Shown piece by piece: positions 29,255-39,901 of a stretch of 64,000 nucleotides of DNA. Numbering within the stretch: the stretch's first letter is position 1; the number at the start of each line of letters is the position of its first letter. The position numbers and the translations under genes are program-made. The notes under the pieces were generated by a model, which saw only the letters and a program-made list of their open reading frames with translations, had not been told where the DNA came from and searched no databases. Source of the stretch: an uncultured Rhabdochlamydiaceae bacterium (GTDB lineage: Bacteria > Chlamydiota > Chlamydiia > Chlamydiales > Rhabdochlamydiaceae); the NCBI GenBank assembly GCA_963712275.1, contig CAVQHD010000001.1, positions 640,001 through 704,000 of the forward strand, read 5' to 3'.

Positions 29255-29518
29255 ATGATTTCCACTATGATTCAGTTGATCATTCAATATTTATTTTTTA
29301 CCTATATGACGATGATTGCGATTCGCATTATCGCCTCATGGTTCCCTTCCGCTAGAAAATACCATTGGCTTTATTGGCTGTCGCGCTGCACCGATCCTTA
29401 TTTGAACTTATTTCGCCGGATCATTCCTCCTATTGGAGGTGTTCTAGACTTAAGCCCTATGTTGGCTTATTTTTCTTTGCAATTGCTTGAATTTTTGATC
29501 TTAAAATTGTTGCGATGA
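29255..29518 (+). CDS. yggT: YggT-family membrane protein
   Basis: RIIASWFP...TDPYLNLFRRIIPPIGGVLDLSP. Confidence 0.92.
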   Translation: MISTMIQLIIQYLFFTYMTMIAIRIIASWFPSARKYHWLYWLSRCTDPYLNLFRRIIPPIGGVLDLSPMLAYFSLQLLEFLILKLLR

Positions 29519-30540
29519 AGAAACTCCGCAGACCATTTAAGTTAGGCTCTCTAGAGCTTCCGTCTAATATTTTTTGCGCCCCCTTAGCAGGATGTTCCGA
29601 TCTGCCGTTTCGTCGGATGACGACGGCTTATAGGCCGGGTCTTGTCTATTGCGAGATGGTGAAAATGGATGCCTTGGTGCGACATGATCCTCACACCTAC
29701 GAGCTTCTCGATTACGAGCCTTCAATGCATCCGATTGGGGCTCAGCTCTGTGGAAGTAAGCTTGAACTTGCAGGAGAATCAGCTCGGATTTTGGAAGAGC
29801 TCGGGTTTGATGTGATCGATTTCAATTGCGGGTGTCCTGTTGATAAAGTCACGAAAGATGGAAGCGGTTCAGGGATGCTTAAGCAATTAGATCTGATAGG
29901 AGAGATCCTTTCTGCAATTGCGGCCGCTGTTAAAATTCCTGTGACGATTAAAATTCGGGCAGGATGGGATGAAAAGTCGATTGTCGGCCCAGAAATTGTC
30001 AAAATTGCCGAGGCGGCAGGCGCGCAGGCCGTTGCCGTTCATGGGCGAACTCGGGAGCAAGCTTATCGCGGGAGGGCAAACTGGGACTGGATCCGTCAGT
30101 GTAAAGAGGCTGCACGTAGTATCCCCATCATTGGGAACGGAGATCTTTTTGACGCGGAGAGTGTTAGTAGGATGTTTGATGCGACAGGGTGCGATGCTGC
30201 GCTCCTTTCTCGAGGAACGTTCGGCTCTCCTTGGATTGTCGAAGATGTGCATCGACTCCTTTCTGGAGAAACCCCAGCCGTGCGCTCTTCATTTGACTAC
30301 CGCAATGCGCTTCTTCAGCACCTAGATTATGTGCAGCAGTATCGAGCGCCGCGGAAAGCTGCGATGGATCTTCGTCGAATTGGGTGTTGGTACTTGAAGA
30401 GGGGGCAAGGAACAAGAAAGCTCAGAGAACAGCTGAACCATTCTAAAAGTGTAGAAGAGATCCGAGCTCTTGTTGTCGATTATCCCTGGCATGAAACCGA
30501 TTTTTCCCTCCCCGAAAATAGGGATTTAGCAATAGACTAA
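29515..30540 (+). CDS. dusB: tRNA-dihydrouridine synthase
   Basis: APLAGCSDLPFR, DFNCGCP, KIRAGWD, VHGRTR, IGNGD. Confidence 0.93.
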   Translation: MKKLRRPFKLGSLELPSNIFCAPLAGCSDLPFRRMTTAYRPGLVYCEMVKMDALVRHDPHTYELLDYEPSMHPIGAQLCGSKLELAGESARILEELGFDVIDFNCGCPVDKVTKDGSGSGMLKQLDLIGEILSAIAAAVKIPVTIKIRAGWDEKSIVGPEIVKIAEAAGAQAVAVHGRTREQAYRGRANWDWIRQCKEAARSIPIIGNGDLFDAESVSRMFDATGCDAALLSRGTFGSPWIVEDVHRLLSGETPAVRSSFDYRNALLQHLDYVQQYRAPRKAAMDLRRIGCWYLKRGQGTRKLREQLNHSKSVEEIRALVVDYPWHETDFSLPENRDLAID

Positions 30541-30585
30541 AAACTTGGTTTTGTCTATTATTGCTCTTATAGAAAGGAAATAGTT

Positions 30586-30879
30586 ATGACAACAAAAATA
30601 GGAACTGCAATTTTGGGGATTATAAATTTTAATTTAACCCAACAGGCAATAAAAACGATGGCTGACGAGCTCAAGTTTCAAGATCCATTCGCAAAGCAAG
30701 AAGTTGATAAGCTGACAACGATGCTTTTTAATGACACGATTGGGAAGATTAAAAATTTCTTAAAATCAGATGAGGCTAAGCGCATGTCTCCTCACACGGA
30801 GTTCATAAGTGCTGGTGTTCTATCAGTTTATCGTCTTACAATATTAGATAAAATTAATATGAAATTAGACAGTTATTAA
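30586..30879 (+). CDS. AT-rich hypothetical protein
   Basis: 97-aa ORF with AAAGGA RBS. Confidence 0.5.
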   Translation: MTTKIGTAILGIINFNLTQQAIKTMADELKFQDPFAKQEVDKLTTMLFNDTIGKIKNFLKSDEAKRMSPHTEFISAGVLSVYRLTILDKINMKLDSY

Positions 30880-32426
30880 TTTTCCTATTGCCTTGTCGTG
30901 ATAGGTAAGTGTCTGGTCTTTATTGTTATAATAAAAGATTGGCAAATCATTATGCTCAACATCTTTTTTAACGCCCGATTCAAGAGATTCTTGATAGCGT
31001 GGATCAACGGTAAACCCGTCTATTTCAAGTTCTTCCCTTACACCGTCAATAAAAAGCTGGATTCCAGAGGCTTGACTTTGACTGGGAGCGCAACCGGTCG
31101 ATACATGCTTTAAGGCTAAGGTATCTAATAAGATGTACCGTCCATTTTCTACAGAGAGGTTGCTTTTTGCACTTTCAAGTTTTTCTTGAAGTGTTTGGTC
31201 GTTATTAAAATTTAATTCAATTTTTCTGAAAAAAGCTAGATTGCTTGTTAAAGATTTTAATTCGTTCTTAAGAGCTTGGACTGTTTTTTTTAATGAGCCA
31301 TGAGTTTCAAAAATTTTGCATTTTTTAACTTTTTCTTCTAGTTGTTTATTATTTCCCAAGTTGTCAAGATTTTCTAATATTAGGTTGATTTTTTCTTTGA
31401 TTAAGTGAATAGGAGTTGTATTTAGATGATTAATTCCTAGTATTTTCAGATCGCTTTTGAGCTCTTCTGAAATATAGGGATAATCCATTCCAATTTTTTG
31501 TAAAGTGGTTTTCTCTATCTGAAACTTATTTTTATTACCTTCTATAAGAGGAATCTTTTCTTTATTTTCGTCATTAAAAATGGATATTTTGCTGTTAGCT
31601 TCTGTTATAAAATCTTCAGAGAAAAAAAGCCTGTTTCTCGTTGGTTTATTATTTGACTCAAAACAATAGGCTGCAGAACTGGGTTCATTGAAAATACCAG
31701 TAGGGGTGCCCTTTGGGCAGAGAAACGCCTCTGCGTCAATGATACAAGGTTCTTTATTTCGAGTAATAATATTTGAACAGTGTAAATCGGAGATTCCCAA
31801 GGATTCTGCGATTTTTTGTAGGACACACATTTTCCTTTCATATTCTTGTAATTCTTTGAATGAATCAATTGTGTTCTTAATTATGTCATTCTCTAGAAAT
31901 TCACAATAACCATATTTTTCACCAAACTTATCTTGATCGCAATCGATGACCTTATAAGCGCCAAATCCAACATGCCCCATAATGCCAACTTTTTCATCAC
32001 AAATGAGTTTCTCAGGTAGCATTGAGCGCGGTTTGTAGACAATGGTCTTATCTCCAGTTGAAGTCCGAAAAGTAATAAAAAGGGCAACATGTCCGTTGTT
32101 GTGCGATTCGTCGCCAAGAGGTCCAATCTCTTTAATTGTATCGCTCGCCTCTAGTCCTAAATAGGCAAGTTTTCCTAATCGCAGATCTGCACGAACTCTC
32201 TCGTTCGCAGTTGAACATAAATTAAAAAAATCCTTACAAATTGTTGAAAGGATTTCTTCTCTCGCTTGACTTTCAATTCCTTCATAAAGGATGACTCCTA
32301 GGATTTTATCTTTTAAATAAGTTTGAGACTTTGACCCAAGAGCCAAGAAATGGTTTTCACTGAGCTTTTTTATGAATTTATTGGCTTGGGTTTCTGCGAC
32401 TTTACAATAATCGCCTGGCGAAAGGG
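30865..32426 (-). pseudogene. DUF4135 / LanM dehydratase-like kinase domain; 3' part of an IS-interrupted gene
   Basis: GDESHNNG, IVYKPRS, YGYCEFL, SDLHCSNII, PCIIDAE. The frame stays open up to the IS edge with no ATG upstream of the first internal Met. Confidence 0.7.
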
Positions 32427-32495
32427 TTGGCAGCAGCTGAAGAAAATATAGATATTTCTTGATGAATCTACATAAAATGTATAGAATTCATTCCC

Positions 32496-32792
32496 ATGAA
32501 AGTAAGTATTGGGACAGCAGCAAAATATTTCGGTGTTTCACAGGAAACGCTTCGCAGATGGGAAAAATCAGGCCAGATTCTTGTTGAAAGGACGCCTAAA
32601 GGCCATCGTCGCTTTGATCTTTCCAGGCATGCATCCGCGCAGTCCAAGAAATTGAACTCAAAGAAACATACTCTCGGCTATGCACGAGTCTCCAGCCATG
32701 ACCAGAAAGATGATCTGACCAGGCAAGCCCAAGTCATAGAAAACTTCTGTACAGCTAATGGGTGGGTCCATGAGATCGTTTACAAGCTTTAA
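32496..32792 (+). pseudogene. tnpA: IS607 serine-recombinase transposase, truncated
   Basis: MerR-like HTH (GVSQETLRRWE...TPKGHRRF) and GYARVSSHDQKDDL, ending at 98 aa, about half the normal length. Confidence 0.85.
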
Positions 32793-32807
32793 AACAAGCG
32801 ACTGAAA

Positions 32808-34382
32808 ATGTCTGATAGAGCCCCTAGAACTTATCAAACCCGCATTCTCGATGACTTCGATAAGCCATTATCCGCCTATGCATTGCTCATGAGTCATGTT
32901 GAGCACTGCTTGTTTGCAGACATTGCAGCCGGTAAGATTGCTGGAGATCTCAAATCATTTTACCTCACTCATTTTCAGATCACTGCCCGCCAATTCAATG
33001 CAGCTCGGGTCCGACTCGAAGGTAAAATAGACTCTATTCTCCGATTGCAATCACAGCATATTGAAACCAAAAAGCACCAAATTGCAGCTCTCGAAGAGAC
33101 CCTTGTCCGTCTTAAAAATAAAAAAATTCTCCATCAAAAAAAGCGGCGCCTTGCCAAACTCAAATATCGACTCCAAAAGCTCGAAACAGCTCAAAAAAAT
33201 AAAGATCTCTCTCTTTGCTTTGGCGGTAAAAAACTGTTTCGAGCTCAATTTGATTTAGAAGCTAATGGCTATGCAACCCATGAAGACTGGAAAAACGATT
33301 GGAGACAAACCAGAAGTTCTGAAATTTTCATCCTTGGATCTAAAGATGAAACTTCCGGCAATCAAAGCTGTACAGCTTTGATTGGACAAGATGATTCCAT
33401 TCATTTACGTGTAAGACTGCCCGATGCATTGATTTCTCAATTCGGCAAATATCTCCAAATCCCCAACATCCGCTTTGCCTACGGCCATGATGTGATTGTC
33501 GCAGCCATTCGCGACTGTCATCTAAGGCAACAACGTCTCAAGGATCCCGCTTATAAAAATCATGGCCAAGCGATCACCTTCCGTTTTAAAAAAGATGCCA
33601 AAGGCTGGCGTATTTTTGCTAGCATGGACATCCAGATCTCTCAGCCGATGACGCTTAAAGAAAATGGCGTCGTGGCCGTTGATATTAATCGTGATCATCT
33701 AGCAGTTGTAGAAACCGATCGATTCGGTAATACCCTTTCTACATTCAATATTCCTCTTTCCCTTCACAATACCTCTAAAGGTCAGGCCCAAGCTCTCATT
33801 GGCAATGCCTCGGCCCAAATTATTGCCCTTTGTGAAAAGACACAAAAACCCCTCGTCCTTGAAAACCTCGACTTTAAGAAAAAGAAAGCCCAACTTAGAG
33901 AAAAAGATCCCTCCTATTCTCGCATGCTCTCTGCTTTTGCCTACGCATCAATCATCACCCATCTTAAAAGCCGAGGGGCCTCAAAAAGAGTCGCCGTTTA
34001 TAGCGTCAACCCTGCTTTTACTTCGCTCATCGGGCGAGTCAAGTTTGCAAAACGTTATGGCTTAACAATTCATATGGCGGCCGCACTTTGCATTGGCCGC
34101 AGATTTTTAGGAGTTTCTGAAAGAATGCCCCAAGGCCAAAGGGAGATTCCCGATGGAAAAGGGCGCCATGTCACCCTTGATCTACCTGCAAGGAATCGAT
34201 CTCGGCATGTATGGCACCAATGGGGGCAGCTCAATAAGAAACTTTCAGCGGCGCTGACAGCGCATTTTCGGGCGGTACATACCGATCCTAGAGTCCCCCA
34301 AAACGACTCCTGCGACAGCATGTTCTCGAATCTTGCCGGCGAGACTCCGGCACGCGAATCGTCAACTCGACTGCTCTGTTGA
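32808..34382 (+). CDS. tnpB: TnpB-related RNA-guided nuclease family protein
   Basis: RuvC-I VAVDIN, RuvC-II LVLENL, VNPAFTS; His-containing RuvC-III region IHMAAALCIGRR. Confidence 0.85.
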   Translation: MSDRAPRTYQTRILDDFDKPLSAYALLMSHVEHCLFADIAAGKIAGDLKSFYLTHFQITARQFNAARVRLEGKIDSILRLQSQHIETKKHQIAALEETLVRLKNKKILHQKKRRLAKLKYRLQKLETAQKNKDLSLCFGGKKLFRAQFDLEANGYATHEDWKNDWRQTRSSEIFILGSKDETSGNQSCTALIGQDDSIHLRVRLPDALISQFGKYLQIPNIRFAYGHDVIVAAIRDCHLRQQRLKDPAYKNHGQAITFRFKKDAKGWRIFASMDIQISQPMTLKENGVVAVDINRDHLAVVETDRFGNTLSTFNIPLSLHNTSKGQAQALIGNASAQIIALCEKTQKPLVLENLDFKKKKAQLREKDPSYSRMLSAFAYASIITHLKSRGASKRVAVYSVNPAFTSLIGRVKFAKRYGLTIHMAAALCIGRRFLGVSERMPQGQREIPDGKGRHVTLDLPARNRSRHVWHQWGQLNKKLSAALTAHFRAVHTDPRVPQNDSCDSMFSNLAGETPARESSTRLLC

Positions 34383-34436
34383 CGTGTCCGGCTTGTCTAT
34401 GTGTTTGTGTAGATTTGCCTAGATTTTTTTGAGCGG

Positions 34437-35010
34437 TTTGATAACACTCTGCCATGTACATCATAGGAAGGGGGTGCTTTCCTTCCATTAGTCTCCAAGC
34501 AACTGTATAAGCTTGCAAAGCTTCATGCAGCTCACCGTTGCCTTGGCGGGACATGCCAAGGCCTATCCAGCAATCAAATACCTGGGGCGCTAGCGAGGCT
34601 AGAAGATAAAAAAGTGAAGCGCTCTTACCAAAATGTTTTTCTTTTAACCATTTTTTAGCCATTTGATAAATGGCATTTAGAAAAGCGCTTGAACTTGGAT
34701 TTAATTTGAGATCTTTCAAATTGGGGAGCTTTTCTAACCTAGAGAGCTGATGATCCAGTGAGCGAAGCTCAACATTCATAGCCTTTAAAACATCTGTAGG
34801 GAATGTTGATTCCATTTCCTCGTAAAAATAGGTCACTGCCTGATTCATCGTATTTTGAATAGTTGTCCATTCATTCTGAATATCTATATTGATTTTTTCT
34901 GTTAACTGCTTTTCAGAGAAAAAAGATGAAAGTCTCACTTTTTCTTGCTCAAAGATTTCTGGAAACCTCTTTTTGATGTAGGCGTCTTTTGCTTTTTCAG
35001 CAGTATTCAT
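34437..35010 (-). pseudogene. TPR (SycD/LcrH-like) domain; 5' part of an IS-interrupted gene
   Basis: IYQMAKKWL...SASLFYLLASLAP...WIGLGMSRQ...EALQAY...PMMYMAECYQ, then reads into IS sequence. Confidence 0.7.
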
Positions 35011-35103
35011 ACTTATTTTCCATTTATCATTTTTAGTTTTAAATATTAATAAGTATTATGATTTGTCTGGTAGGTTACTCAATTTTTCTATAGAGTTAGA
35101 CTT

Positions 35104-35838
35104 ATGACAATTTGGGCGATGGCTGATTTACACCTGGCTAAAAGTGTTCCATCTAAAAATATGGCGGTCTTTGGCCCTGAGTGGGAAGGGTATATGGACA
35201 AAATCGAAGAGGCGTGGCGCTCACTGGTCGGCCCTTATGACCTTGTACTGCTTCCTGGCGATATCAGCTGGGCAATGAGGCTGGAGGAGGCGCTCATTGA
35301 CCTGGAGTGGATTCATGCGCTTCCAGGCACGAAGCTGATGATTCGAGGCAATCACGACTATTGGTGGAGCTCGCCTAAGAAAATGTCTGAAAAGTTCCCT
35401 TCTTCGATCCACTTCATTCAAAATACAGCCTTTCATTGGAATGAGGTGGCTATCGGAGGCAGCAGACTCTGGGATACGCCTGAATATAACTTTAACGCCT
35501 ATATTCATTTCCAAGAAAATCAGCGGGCTAAAACGAAGGAAGTGCCGACCATCGATCGGGAGGCTATTTTTGAGCGGGAGCTTGAGCGGCTTCGTTTAAG
35601 CCTTCGGCAGATGAACCCTTCCGCGCGCGTTAAAATTGCGATGACTCACTATCCCCCCATTGGAGCAGACCTGCGCCCCTCTAGAGCTTCGGCAATTCTT
35701 CAAGAGTTTGGAGTTCATCTCTGTGTTTTTGGCCATCTGCATAATATTCGCAAAGATGCCAAAATCTTTGGGGAAGGATTTTTGCTTGTTGCCGCCGATT
35801 ACCTCAATTTTAATCTACTAAAAATTCTTCCACGATGA
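35104..35838 (+). CDS. Calcineurin-like metallophosphoesterase
   Basis: ADLH, PGDISW, GNHDYW, THYPP, GHLH. Confidence 0.9.
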   Translation: MTIWAMADLHLAKSVPSKNMAVFGPEWEGYMDKIEEAWRSLVGPYDLVLLPGDISWAMRLEEALIDLEWIHALPGTKLMIRGNHDYWWSSPKKMSEKFPSSIHFIQNTAFHWNEVAIGGSRLWDTPEYNFNAYIHFQENQRAKTKEVPTIDREAIFERELERLRLSLRQMNPSARVKIAMTHYPPIGADLRPSRASAILQEFGVHLCVFGHLHNIRKDAKIFGEGFLLVAADYLNFNLLKILPR

Positions 35839-36257
35839 CGCGGCAGATAAGGAGGAAATCTCCCTTCTTTCTTCTCGAGGTGATGATCGCGGTGATTTTG
35901 GTAGGGATCTTTTCTTATTTTTCATTGCAAAGCGCATTTAAGACTTTGAATATTCACCGCAAGTTTCTAAGAGAGTTGGAATACTCTAGGCTGACGGACC
36001 TTAAACGGATGGAGGTGATCGAAGCGTATTGGAACAAGGCTAGAGAGCTTTTTGAAGCAGGGCAGCCTGTCATCGTGGAAAAAGGGCCTCTTGAGTACAA
36101 AGTAGGGCGGTCCAAAGCTGTTTTAGCCTCTCAGCAAAAATATGTGGTCCAGTGTAACGGATGCCGGCAAGAGAAATTCTATCTTTTAGATATCAAGGAA
36201 AAAAGAGCTCAACCTCCTAAGGAAATCACCTATCACTTTTTTGTTACCAGCCCATAG
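35835..36257 (+). CDS. Prepilin/pseudopilin-like protein
   Basis: Basic leader RRKSP followed by FFLLEVMIAVILVG. Confidence 0.6.
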   Translation: MTRQIRRKSPFFLLEVMIAVILVGIFSYFSLQSAFKTLNIHRKFLRELEYSRLTDLKRMEVIEAYWNKARELFEAGQPVIVEKGPLEYKVGRSKAVLASQQKYVVQCNGCRQEKFYLLDIKEKRAQPPKEITYHFFVTSP

Positions 36258-37231
36258 CTATTATCCAGATACCAATCGACGGTTTTTTCGAGTCCTTGCT
36301 CTAACGTGTGGGCTGGGGTCCAACCTAACGCATGAGAAATCTTCGCTGCGTCAATGGCATAGCGGAAATCGTGGCCTGGTCTATCGGGGACAAAGGAGAT
36401 GAGTTTTTGGAAAGAGGCTTTGTCCTGAGAGGTTTTCGCTCCAATAAGATCGATCAGAGTATACAGAAGATCGATGTTGCTTTTTTCGCCCTTCCCGCCA
36501 ATATCATACACTTCTCCCGAGCGGCCTTGGTTCAAGATAAGCCAAATGGCATCGGAGTGGTCGTCAACGTAAAGCCAGTCTCGAACATTGAGCCCTTGAC
36601 CATAGACGGGAAGCGGCTTGTGCTCAAGACAATGAGAAATCATGCGTGGGATGAATTTTTCTTCATGTTGGCAGGGGCCGTAATTATTGCTGCAATGAGA
36701 AAGAGTTGTAGAAAGGGCATACGTATGCGCCCAGGCCCGGACAAGGTGGTCGGACGCTGCTTTTGAAGCCGCATAAGGAGAGTTCGGTTTGTAAGGAGAA
36801 GATTCATTGAAAAAGCCGGTTTCCAAAGATCCATACACCTCGTCTGTGGACACATGGTGAAAATGGATATGAGGCCGCTCTCTAACAACCTCTAAAAGAG
36901 AGAAAGTGCCGAGGATGTTGGCTTCGATAAAAGCAGAAGGGTTGTGAATGCTTCGATCGACATGGCTTTCAGCGGCAAAATGGACAATTGCTTCTAGACG
37001 GTAAGCATCGCAAAGAGATTGGACAAGGGCGCGATCTCGAATATCTCCACGGACAAACAGGTGTTTTGGATCGTGGAAAAAAGAGGACATGTTTTTTTCA
37101 CTTCCAGCATACGTTAAAAGATCGAGGTTGACGATCTGTTCTAATAGAGGAGATGTTTCTAGCCCTCGTCGAATAAAGGACGATCCAATAAATCCTGCGC
37201 CGCCTGTGACGAGGAGCCGTTTAAAGCGCAT
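36233..37231 (-). CDS. rfbB: dTDP-glucose 4,6-dehydratase
   Basis: VTGGAGFIGS, FAAESHVDRSI, STDEVYG, YAASKA, DRPGHDFRY. Confidence 0.96.
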   Translation of the reverse strand: MRFKRLLVTGGAGFIGSSFIRRGLETSPLLEQIVNLDLLTYAGSEKNMSSFFHDPKHLFVRGDIRDRALVQSLCDAYRLEAIVHFAAESHVDRSIHNPSAFIEANILGTFSLLEVVRERPHIHFHHVSTDEVYGSLETGFFNESSPYKPNSPYAASKAASDHLVRAWAHTYALSTTLSHCSNNYGPCQHEEKFIPRMISHCLEHKPLPVYGQGLNVRDWLYVDDHSDAIWLILNQGRSGEVYDIGGKGEKSNIDLLYTLIDLIGAKTSQDKASFQKLISFVPDRPGHDFRYAIDAAKISHALGWTPAHTLEQGLEKTVDWYLDNSYGLVTKK

Positions 37232-38075
37232 CTAGATGCTCCTTCAGCGCAATTTGCCAATTGCGAGGAGAGATTCCCAAAAGATTTTCAATCTTCTGCG
37301 TCTCCAGAGCGGAATAGCGCGGACGGAGAGCCGCTGTTTGAAAAGAAGAGTTCAAGGCGGGCAGAATTTCTTGGCAAGCGAGCTTTTGCCCCCTCTTTTC
37401 TAGAAGCTCCCGCATGTAGAGCGCTACATCGTATCGAGAGGCTAGTCCATGATTTGCAAAATGAAAAATTCCTTCGTGGTCTAGAAGGGTAAGAAGAACT
37501 TTTGCAAGGTCGTCAACATAAGTCAATCGATTGATTTGATCAGACGATACTGAAATGGCTTTCTCTAGATGAAGTCTTTCCCACAGACTGGAAATCAAAT
37601 TTTTCCCTCCTGGTCCAAATACCCACGAGGTACGGACAATACAAGCATGAGAAGAGGCTTCAAGCAAGCGGAGTTCTCCTTCCCGCTTGGTTTTAGCATA
37701 GACATTGCAAGGAAGGCAGGGATCGGTTTCTTTAAGAGGCAAACTACGATCAGAGTTAAAAACATAATCAGTGGAAAGATGAAGCACTTTTATCCCTTCT
37801 TGATGTGCCAGTTTTCCTAAGTTTTCAGGGCCTAAGGTATTGGCTGCAAATGCTTTTTCATAATTCTTTTCAGCATCGTCGACTCGAGTAAACGCAGCGC
37901 AGTTGATGAGATGTGTAATTTTTTCTTGAGAATTAAAGAATTTTCTTACTTCTGCAGGCGAGCCGATGTCAACGTCGGCATGGCTGGTGGAGGTAAAAGA
38001 GAGATGGCTCTGAATGCACCTCTTTTGAACAGCTTGTCCAACAAGTCCACTTGCTCCTGTAATCCAAATTTTCAT
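37221..38075 (-). CDS. rfbD: dTDP-4-dehydrorhamnose reductase
   Basis: NCAAFTRVDDAE, STDYVF, YAKTK, RPRYSAL. Confidence 0.94.
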   Translation of the reverse strand: MKIWITGASGLVGQAVQKRCIQSHLSFTSTSHADVDIGSPAEVRKFFNSQEKITHLINCAAFTRVDDAEKNYEKAFAANTLGPENLGKLAHQEGIKVLHLSTDYVFNSDRSLPLKETDPCLPCNVYAKTKREGELRLLEASSHACIVRTSWVFGPGGKNLISSLWERLHLEKAISVSSDQINRLTYVDDLAKVLLTLLDHEGIFHFANHGLASRYDVALYMRELLEKRGQKLACQEILPALNSSFQTAALRPRYSALETQKIENLLGISPRNWQIALKEHLDAL

Positions 38076-38608
38076 TGGAGAACCTCTTGAAAACTTGGAG
38101 CTTTAAGGTCACGAGAAGATAGAATCGGATTTTTAACCGGCCACTCAATTTGAACGGTAGGGTCGTCGTACCGAAATGTTTTTTCAGTGGATTCATTGTA
38201 AGGAGTAGAAACTTTATAATGGACATGGGCTCCCTCCTCGCTGACAACGCAAAAGCCATGGGCAAATCCGATAGGGACAAGGAGCTGCTGCTGCGACTCC
38301 CCATCGAGATAGACCCCTTCCCATGTGCCAAATGTGGGAGAATCGGGCCTGATATCGACGGCGACATCGAAAATTTTTCCTTGGGAGACCCATACAAATT
38401 TCTCTTGGCCGGGAGATGACTGAAAATGCATTCCTCGGATCACATGTTTTTTAGAAAATGAGTGGTTATCTTGCACAAAACAAGAGGAAAGACCCTTCTC
38501 TTGACAACGGAGCTGGTGAAAACTCTCTTTAAAAAATCCTCTTTCATCTCGAAAGATGCTGGGACGGACTAATTTCAGTCCTTTTAGGCGAAGATTAATG
38601 ACTTCCAT
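38072..38608 (-). CDS. rfbC: dTDP-4-dehydrorhamnose 3,5-epimerase
   Basis: DERGFF, VQDNHS, RGMHFQ, DVAVDIR, GFAHGF. Confidence 0.96.
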   Translation of the reverse strand: MEVINLRLKGLKLVRPSIFRDERGFFKESFHQLRCQEKGLSSCFVQDNHSFSKKHVIRGMHFQSSPGQEKFVWVSQGKIFDVAVDIRPDSPTFGTWEGVYLDGESQQQLLVPIGFAHGFCVVSEEGAHVHYKVSTPYNESTEKTFRYDDPTVQIEWPVKNPILSSRDLKAPSFQEVLQ

Positions 38609-38695
38609 TGGTTTTATGATAATTCATTGTTGCTTTTTTTTAAATTGAGAGATTATCCTTGATCATTGCTTGTAATTTTTTATTTGGAGTCGCTT

Positions 38696-39901
38696 ATGCA
38701 TATCATCCGGAATTTAGGCCACGTCGTTGGAGGAACCTTACTCATTGCAGCAACCACTATTGGGGTTGGCATGCTAGGGCTCCCTATTGCAACGGGACCT
38801 GGAGGTTTTATCCCTGCAACAGCAGTTTATCTGATCACGTGGATGTTTATGCTTTGCACTGGACTTCTTTTGCTCGAAGTCTGCACATGGATGCCGAAAG
38901 AAGCTAATTTAATTACGATGACCCACCGTCTTTTAGGCCCTGCCGGTAAAGCGATTTGCTGGGTTGTGTACCTCTTTCTCTTTTGTACAGCGATGATTGC
39001 GCACGTCTCTGCTGGAGGAAGTACGATGGCAGATGTGCTAAGCCTTGCTTTTGGCGTTCAGATTGCAACGCCTGTTGCAATGGTGATCTATGTACTTATT
39101 TTTTCACCCATTGTTTATCTGGGAACGCGGTCGGTCGATCGGTTTAATCTCTTCATGATGACAGCGGTTTTGACCACTTATTTCCTATTTATTGTTTTAT
39201 CAGCAGGAAAAGTCGATTTTAAACTGCTCTCCTACGCAAATTGGAGTGAAGCTTGGCCGGCGCTGCCTGTTCTTTTTACAGCTTTTACGTATCAGTTGAT
39301 CATCCCGACCCTCATGACCTATATGAATCAGGATGCCAAGAAAGTACGCCTTTCCATTATTTTAGGAAGCTCTATTCCGCTCGCCGTCTATTTAATTTGG
39401 GAGCTACTCATCCTAGGGATCATTCCTGTTGAAGGGCTGATTGCGGCTAAAGCTGCAGGGCAAACAGCTGTGATGCCTCTCAAAGACTTACTTCAAAATC
39501 CTTGGATTTTTAACATTGGAAGTTGTTTTGCCTTTTTTGTGCTCACAACCTCTTATATTGCCCTTGCGCTTGCCTTCCTCGACTTTTTAGCGGACGGCTT
39601 AAAAGTTAAAAAGGAAGGATTTAAGAAAGTGGCGCTATGTGTAGGTGTTTTTGCTCCGCCGACAATCATTGCTTTGATTTATCCAGGGATTTTTATCACC
39701 GCCCTTGAGTATGCAGGGGGAATTAGCTGCGCGCTTCTTTTTGGACTTCTCCCGCCCTTGATGGTGTGGGTTGGACGTTATCTCAAAAAAGAGAATCGTC
39801 ATCCGATCCAGCTTGGAGGAGGAAAAGTCATCCTATCGATTTTAATGTTGTTTGTTTTTGCAGAGCTTGTTTTACAAGTAATGAATCAACTACACAGATG
39901 A
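38696..39901 (+). CDS. tyrP: Aromatic amino acid permease, second paralog
   Basis: [19 protein letters not shown] and many TM helices. Confidence 0.88.
   Translation: MHIIRNLGHVVGGTLLIAATTIGVGMLGLPIATGPGGFIPATAVYLITWMFMLCTGLLLLEVCTWMPKEANLITMTHRLLGPAGKAICWVVYLFLFCTAMIAHVSAGGSTMADVLSLAFGVQIATPVAMVIYVLIFSPIVYLGTRSVDRFNLFMMTAVLTTYFLFIVLSAGKVDFKLLSYANWSEAWPALPVLFTAFTYQLIIPTLMTYMNQDAKKVRLSIILGSSIPLAVYLIWELLILGIIPVEGLIAAKAAGQTAVMPLKDLLQNPWIFNIGSCFAFFVLTTSYIALALAFLDFLADGLKVKKEGFKKVALCVGVFAPPTIIALIYPGIFITALEYAGGISCALLFGLLPPLMVWVGRYLKKENRHPIQLGGGKVILSILMLFVFAELVLQVMNQLHR

Larger units (their letters stand above)
32427..34436 (+). mobile_element. IS607-family insertion sequence, non-autonomous
   Basis: tnpA + tnpB; no terminal IR; TAGATT-type subterminal repeats; right end ...GAGCGG; GG at the left junction. 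Left boundary inferred. Confidence 0.8.

Noticed and set aside
30586..32426. Lanthipeptide biosynthetic cluster
   Set aside because: No cyclase domain, Cys/Ser/Thr-rich precursor or transporter; the small neighbouring ORF has no Cys.
32427..34436. IStron (self-splicing IS607)
   Set aside because: Only ~70 bp precede tnpA, too short for a group I intron, and the element is antisense to the host gene.
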